A DNA stretch of 64,000 bases from positions 20,274,001 to 20,338,000 of the forward strand of contig OX597832.1 of NCBI GenBank assembly GCA_951406725.2, read 5' to 3'. Every line of letters begins with the position of its first letter. Positions within the stretch are counted from its first letter, which is position 1. Source of the stretch: Octopus vulgaris. Taxonomy: Eukaryota. Below the pieces are notes generated by a model. That model did no database searches. It was not told the DNA's origin and worked only from the letters and a program-made list of their open reading frames with translations. Shown in pieces: positions 57,465-64,000 of this stretch. The translations under genes and the position numbers were made by a program.

Positions 57465-58578
57465 AAACCCTTTTAGTATAGGCACAAGGGTTGAAGTTTG
57501 GCGGAGAGGTGCCTGTCGGCTTTTACCAACCACGAAGGACACTCGAAACGATTACAGACAAGTTCAGAATCTAGAGACGAGCGAACTGCCGCCAAGCATT
57601 TTCTTCTCGCCGTGCTAGCAGTTCAACCATCAACAAATGTTGTCACAAGGTCAGTAGTTTCGCAGGATTACATCAATCTCAGTGCTCAACTGGTACTTAT
57701 TTTAGGGACCCAACTCATCACCTTCAAAATTTGGCACAAGATCAACAATTTCAAACGCGGTTGTAAGTCGATTACATCGAAACCAGTGCTCGACGGGTAC
57801 GTATTTTATCGACTCAGAAAGGATGAAATGCAGGAGTATTTGAACTCAGAACGTAAAGACGTACCAAAGATTCTACCTGCACATCGCCTTCAAAATTTGG
57901 CATAAGCTCAGTAATTTCAGAGGAGATGGTAAGTTGACTACATCGATACCACTGCTTGATTGGTATTTATTTTATCAATCTTCGAAAGGATTAAATGCAA
58001 AGTCGACGTCTGAAGATTTTGAGTTCAGAGCGCAAAGACAAGCTAAATGCATTTTGAGCATTTTGCCCGTCATGCTAAAGATTCTGCCCACTCCATTTCT
58101 TTGTCCATAATGTAATTGCACTCGTTGATAAGTTTTCCATTTCATATTTCCCTCTTTAATAAAATGTTTCTTTATTGGCCACAGGGGCTAAACATAGAGA
58201 GAGCAAACAAGGACAGACAACAGGATTAAGTCGATTACATTGACCCTACAGCGTAACTGGTACTTATTTAATCGACTCCGAAAGGACGAAAGGAAAAGTC
58301 GACCTCGAAGGAATTTGAACTCAGAGCGTAATAGCAGACGTCATATCTATTTCTTTACCACCTACAAGGGGCTAAACACAGAAGGGACAAACAAGGACAT
58401 ACAAACGGCTTAAGTCGATAATATCGACCCTAGAGCGTTATTGTTACTTATTTAATCGACCCCGAAAGGATTTAAAAGGCAAAGTCGACCTCGGTGGAAT
58501 TTGAACTCAGAACGTAATGGCAGACGTAATACCGCTAATCATTTCGCCCGGGGTGCTAACGATTGTACTAGCTCGCGT
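57465..58578 (-). mobile_element. Tandem cluster of group A SINEs, including a double-bodied copy at 58165-58578
   Basis: Repeated GATTACATCGA, GGTACT and GAACTCAGAACGTAA blocks in the same orientation. Confidence 0.85.
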
Positions 58579-58625
58579 TAACAAAATATAGTACTAGCAA
58601 ATTACTGAAGCCTATGTAATCAACT

Positions 58626-58926
58626 GTGGAGGCACATGGCCTAGTGGTTAGAGCAGTGGACTTGCGGTCGAGGGATCGCGAGTTCCTATCTCAGACCGGA
58701 TAATGTGTATATTTATGATCGAAACACCTAATCTCCACGCAGTTCCGGCAGAAGGTAATGGCGAACTTCTGCTGACTCTTTCGCAACGACTTTCTCCCAC
58801 TCTTTACTCCTGCATCTTGCAGCACACCTGCGACGAAACGGCGTCTCGTCCAGGTGGGGAACCTATACGCCAAGGAAATCAGGAAACCGGCCCTTATGAG
58901 CCAGGTGTGGCTCGAGAAGGAACAAA
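58626..58926 (+). mobile_element. Group C SINE (body 2, V-domain-like) with TSD
   Basis: tRNA-like head TGGCCTAGTGG; CCTGCGACGAAACGGCGTCTCGTCCAGG resembles the V-SINE domain; 11-bp TSD TGTAATCAACT (58615-58625 / 58929-58939). Confidence 0.85.
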
Positions 58927-59076
58927 GGTGTAATCAACTAATCTTCTTCCCTTGTTTCTAATGTACATTCTATCATTAGGTAGAATAGTTTGAGTGTCCG
59001 ATAGGATATTTTGTGTTGTATTATTTACGCCACCGTTTCGAATTTCACTGTGGAAAACTTTGACTTTATTCTAAAT

Positions 59077-59302
59077 AAATGACGCCACCCCGCTGACTAA
59101 GCGAGCAGGCCAACAGAAGCAAGAGTGAGAGAAAGTTGTGGCGAAAGAGTACAGCAGGGACCACCACCAGCCCCTGCCAGAAACTGTGGAGCTTTGGGTG
59201 TTTTCGCTCAATAAATACTCACAACGCCCGGTCTGGTAATTGAAACCGCGATCCTACGACCACGAGACCGCTGCCCTAAACCCTGGGCCATTGCGCCTCA
59301 AC
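59077..59302 (-). mobile_element. Group C SINE (body 3), 3'-truncated duplicate
   Basis: Close match to about 60612-60840. Confidence 0.88.
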
Positions 59303-59737
59303 GCATATATACATATATACACACATATATACATAGTATATGCATACATACATACATGCATGCATGCATGTATGCATGCGTGCATGCATGCATTCATACA
59401 TGCATACAGGCAATTATTCCATCGGACACACATCTTTTATTTTCAGCGCAATTCAAGAACTGGGTTTGATTAACACTTTTGTTTTCCTCACCACAAACTT
59501 CAACAAATGTGTTTGCGTTAGAAACCATTACCATTTCGTAATTCTCTGCAAGAGCCTAATTGTAAAACACACTGTGTCGTACAAAAGAGATTACATAGTT
59601 AGTAACGAAGATGGCGTAAAATCATGATAAAATGTATTGAAACACTTTAACAATTTAGGCACCCATCTATACTCAGGCGAAGAATCCGTTATGTAAAATT
59701 TACCAACGTAAGCAACACCCTCTTCTAAATTACACAG

Positions 59738-60120
59738 TGGAAGTACTCCGTCGGTTACGACGACGAGGGTTCCGGTTGATCCGATCAACGGAACAGCCTG
59801 CTCGTGAAATTAACGTGTAAGTGGCTGAGCACTCCACAGACACGTGTACCCTTAACGTAGTTTTCGGGGTGATTCAGCGTGACACTGAGAGTGACAAGGC
59901 CGGCCCTTTGAAATACAGGTACAACAGAAACAGGAAGTAAGAGTGAGAAAAAGTTGTGGTGAAAGAGTACAGCAGGGATCACCACCATCCCTGCCGGAGC
60001 CTCGTGGAGCTTTAGGTGTTTTCGCTCAATAAACACTCACAACGCCCGGTCTGGGAATCGAAACCGCGATCCTACGACCGCGAGTCCGTTGCCCTAACCA
60101 CTGGGCCATTGCGCCTCCAC
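59738..60120 (-). mobile_element. Group C SINE (body 1), full length
   Basis: Reverse complement of 49691-50075; imperfect TSD ATTACACAGT / ATTACATAGT. Confidence 0.92.
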
Positions 60121-60279
60121 ACATTACATAGTAGACATTTCTGGGCGTATCTTCCTCGAAAACAATGTCTTTCAAATGCTTTCCTCGAGCATCTTCGGAT
60201 TTCCCTGCTATAGATTTTTTTTGGATATTTTAATTTTTCTATTTTGATTTTAGTACAACTTGAGTTTTCCCTCGCTTAG

Positions 60280-60394
60280 TGGACAAATGAAGTGTTTTGC
60301 TCAAGAACACAGCACGCGGCTCAGCCAGAGAATCGAACATACGATCTTGCGATCATGAGTGCAGCACTCTGAAAACTAGGCTACGCGCCTTCAC
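60280..60394 (-). mobile_element. Degenerate tRNA-SINE head
   Basis: Minus strand reads GTGAAGGCGCGTAGCCTAGT...GTTCGATTCTC...GTGTTCTTGAGCAAAACACTT. Confidence 0.7.
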
Positions 60395-60530
60395 GTGTAT
60401 AAAAAAAATAATCAAACATACGTAAAAGCATCAATGCATCCATCCATCCATACATACATACATACCTGCATACATACGTAAATAAACATATATATATGCA
60501 TTTATGGACGCATAACTGCATATATACATA

Positions 60531-60840
60531 TCACGTCACGTGACCGACCAGGCTATCAGATGTTGCTACACATCGCTGGTCACAATGCGCTTCGTATTGT
60601 TTTAAGCCTTCAAATGACGCCACCCCGCTGACTAAGCGAGCAGGCCAACATAAGAAACAGTGAGAGAAAGTTGTGGCGAAAGAAGAGTACAGCAGGGACC
60701 ACCACCAGCCCCTGCCAGAACCTGTGGAGCTTTGGGCGTTTTCGCTCAATAAATACTCACAACGCCCGGTCTGGTAATCGAAACCGCGATCCTACGACCG
60801 CGAGACCGCTGCCCTAAACCCCGGGCCATTGCGCCTCAAC
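60531..60840 (-). mobile_element. Group C SINE (body 3), full length
   Basis: Same head as body 1, with a different 3' part (GGCCTGCTCGCTTAGTCAGCGGGGTGGCGTC...GGTCACGTGACGTGA). Confidence 0.9.
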
Positions 60841-60857
60841 GCATATATACATATATA

Positions 60858-61087
60858 TTTCTTTACTGCCCACAAGGGGCTAAATATAGAGGGGACAAAC
60901 AAGGAGAGACAAAGGGATTAAGTCGATTTCATCGAGCCCAGTGCGAAACTGGTACTTTATTTATCGACCCCGAAAGGATAAAAGGCAAAGTCGACCTCGG
61001 CGGAATTTGAACTCAGAACGTAACGACAGACGAAATACCGCTAAGCATTTCGCCCGGCGCGCTAACGTTTCTGCCAGCTCGCCGCCT
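60858..61087 (-). mobile_element. Group A SINE (tail type 1), full length with TSD
   Basis: Flanked by CATATATACATATATA (60842-60857 / 61094-61109); matching empty site at 59304-59319. Confidence 0.93.
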
Positions 61088-61991
61088 TATATACATATAT
61101 ACATATATACACACATATATACATAGTATATGCATACATACATACATACATACATACATACATACATACATACATACATACATACATGCATGCATGTATG
61201 CATGCGTGCATGCATGCATTCATACATGCATACAGGCATGATGTGAAGCAAGAAAATTCCTTTCAGTTATTGGAGACACATACATGGTGGAAAATAAACA
61301 GGAGACGATATGATAAACACGACGTTCAGATTTCTACTTTCACTTTCCTTAGCTTCCAAAGTGGACTCTCGGACTGTCGCCTACAGCAGTCTCTTAATGA
61401 CAATTTATTGAATGTCTAAACTTACAATCTAGAAAGATAACACAAACACATAGACACACAAATAAGCAAACATCATTTTATTTCTATTATCGAATGTTTG
61501 TCTCTTTCTCTTCATATCCTTTTTCTCTCTTTCCATCATCTTATTTATTCCTTCTTTGTCTTTCTTTTTCTCTCTTTCTTTGGCTGTCTCCCAGGGGTGA
61601 AAATAAAAGAGGTGTGTCCGATGGAAAATTTATTTTCCAGTTCGGTTATGTTGCATTGCAATTGCTTAAACACCGTCAAGTTACCTCGCTTCTACGTTTA
61701 TTAGTCAATATTCGTTAAAACGCTTGTCACTATGTTTGTCTTCGTACGAGTGTGTCCGTCTATCTGTCTGTTTGTATGTCTATCTCTCAGTTGATGTATG
61801 CATTTCAGCGTAGCCGTGCCACCATCCTCATCAACGTAGCGTCATCTCACTTCCTCACCCGCTATTTGTTTAAAAGCATGTAATTGTGTAATTAAAAAAA
61901 ATATTGTTACACTATGTACATTAGAACGGTAAACGTGTGAAGGTCAACAATATCTAAAAGACAAAATGAGGATAACAATAATAATAATAAT

Positions 61992-62101
<110 letters not shown>

Positions 62102-62970
62102 AACAGCAGCAATAAGAGATCCTTAATGAAATAACAAACAAATGTCCCATGAGCAGATGGGAAATAAAATAAGGAGACGACATAAGGCATACGCAAAGGG
62201 AACTATTAATAAAACCCTTATTGGATAAAGAAAATAGAGTTGGTGACAGAGGGAGAGAGAAATAGAAGGTTAGATAGAGGGTGATGAAGAGATTTATAAT
62301 AAGTGCTAGAGGGAGAACGAAGAGAGAAGGATATATTTTGTATGGGAGTGAGTGACTGCGTGGAGTAAAGGAATAAAGAAAATGGCGGATAAAAACATAT
62401 TGAAATGATAAAACTATGGGAGTGGTAGTGGGAGGTATGGGTTGATAGGCGAAGAAGGAGGTAGGGACGGAGAGAGGTAAAATAGATGGATGTTATTAAA
62501 GGAAGGTGTAACATGGATAAATATAGGAAACGGTGAAAGCGAAAATGGATTGGATAGAAAAGAATGAGTGAAAATATTAGTAATCATATACTAATGTATA
62601 TTAGTATAGGAGTATAAATCTTTAAATAATCAAATAATGCATGTCGGCTGGGGTGTATTGCGAGAAAGAGAATTATTTTACTTCACACTAAGACATAGGT
62701 ATACATATACACGCATTGTGTGTGTGATTATGTATGTATTTATGCATGCATATATGCTTACATATATATGAATATGACATATATACAAATACATATATAT
62801 ATATATATACACACACACATATATATATATATACATGTCTGTATATATATGTTCATATATATATACATGTATCTACGCTAACATTAACATGCATACACAC
62901 ACACACGTATATATATATATATATATATATATATAAGCATTTTATTGTACATGTATATATATATATATAT

Positions 62971-63173
62971 ACCGGAGTAAGCACATAAATACGAAATAGG
63001 GTGGAAAAAATACCACTCGAATACCAGAGTTAAGAGTAATATGGTGTATTAAAAAGTAGAGTTTCACGTTCCCGTTCGTCGGACAGTTTTCTTTAGAAAC
63101 AAAACTATCCGACGAAAGGGAACGCGAAACTCTGAGTAACAGTTTTTGTGATATTTCTGCTACTTTTTAATAA

Positions 63174-63178
<5 letters not shown>
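62971..63178. mobile_element. Penelope-like fold-back element with an inverted pair of CCGACGA hammerhead folds
   Basis: 63058-63090 mirrors 63101-63133; lies between (TA)n tracts. Confidence 0.75.
63101..63146 (+). ncRNA. Candidate hammerhead, U4C core variant (stem II decayed in this copy)
   Basis: aaaactat-CCGACGA-aag[ggaa]cgc-GAAA-ctc t gag-UA-acagtttt; the mirror copy has an intact acg[ggaa]cgt stem II. Confidence 0.6.
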
Positions 63179-63207
<29 letters not shown>

Positions 63208-63219
<12 letters not shown>

Positions 63220-63460
63220 GAAATGAGGTAATCAGAAGATCGGATGGTTCATATTTACAGATATTTATTTATATATTACATTTTTTACATATATATCATA
63301 TCATTCAGATCATTAGCGCTTTCTCCCATTCTAGAATGGGAGAAAGCGCTAATGATCTGAATGATATGATATATATATGTAAAAAAATGTAATATATAAA
63401 TAAATATCTATAAATATGAACCATCCGATCTTCTGATTACCTCATTTCTTCTAATATATA
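63208..63460. repeat. About 250-bp spacer-less palindrome
   Basis: Centre CCCATTCT|AGAATGGG at 63332/63333; arms differ by one substitution and two small slippage indels. Confidence 0.97.
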
Positions 63461-63491
63461 ATACCTGTACATCATCTCCAAACCTTCCAAT

Positions 63492-63530
<39 letters not shown>

Positions 63531-63616
63531 GCTTCCATCTTTTCCTGAGCGCCTATTAATAATAATACTGTAATTGTTCTACGTGTTGTTGTTTTTTCTG
63601 TTTTCCCGTTTGGATT

Positions 63617-63662
<46 letters not shown>

Positions 63663-64000
63663 TATTATATTATATATTATTTACGATATTATATTATATA
63701 TTGTATATGTATGCATATATGTATTTATGTATGATCTACCTGTGCATTTCAATGTAGAAGCACCCATTTGTTTGATTCTCCAATGAATTAGGATTCTAAG
63801 TGTCCGAGTATTCCACAAACATATAACACTTTAAACATAAATGCAACACGTGATTGATCTGGATATTTGAGTTACTGGTGCAATTTCTTCGATTCTCCTC
63901 TAACAAGAAAAATTCATCAAAAACTTTAAATCGATATTTCAAGATGCTGTGCAATAGAAGCGAACCAAGGAACTTATCTTTGCAAAAATTTATTCTTGAC

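Noticed and set aside
62220-62575. Purine-rich strand with a 98-aa antisense ORF
   Set aside because: Low-complexity GA-rich sequence; the ORF reflects base composition.

Overview
AT-rich, microsatellite-saturated eukaryotic non-coding DNA. The repeat make-up strongly resembles an Octopus genome, but that is recognition from memory, not a verified assignment. I find no supportable host protein-coding exon, rRNA, true tRNA or CRISPR array, and most ORF-track entries are translated microsatellites or repeat fragments. The window contains: (i) many copies of three groups of tRNA-derived SINEs (group A with two alternative tails; a CORE-type group B; a modular group C with three different bodies), several with target-site duplications (TSDs); (ii) decayed Tc1/mariner transposons and internally deleted derivatives; (iii) two Dong/R4-clade LINE 3' fragments and a CR1/L2-like 3' end; (iv) a set of short elements, mostly next to (TA)n tracts and often folded back on themselves, that carry minimal hammerhead-ribozyme folds of the Penelope-like (PLE) type. 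Group (iv) is the most interesting signal. It includes one canonical core (12951-12996), an apparent compensatory G3-C8 core (39978-40027), a CCGACGA (U4C) core in inverted pairs (55096-55290, 62971-63178), a CUGUGGA-type core, and a ~250-bp spacer-less palindrome centred on a hammerhead stem II (63208-63460). All alignments and folds were done by eye; ribozyme activity is untested.
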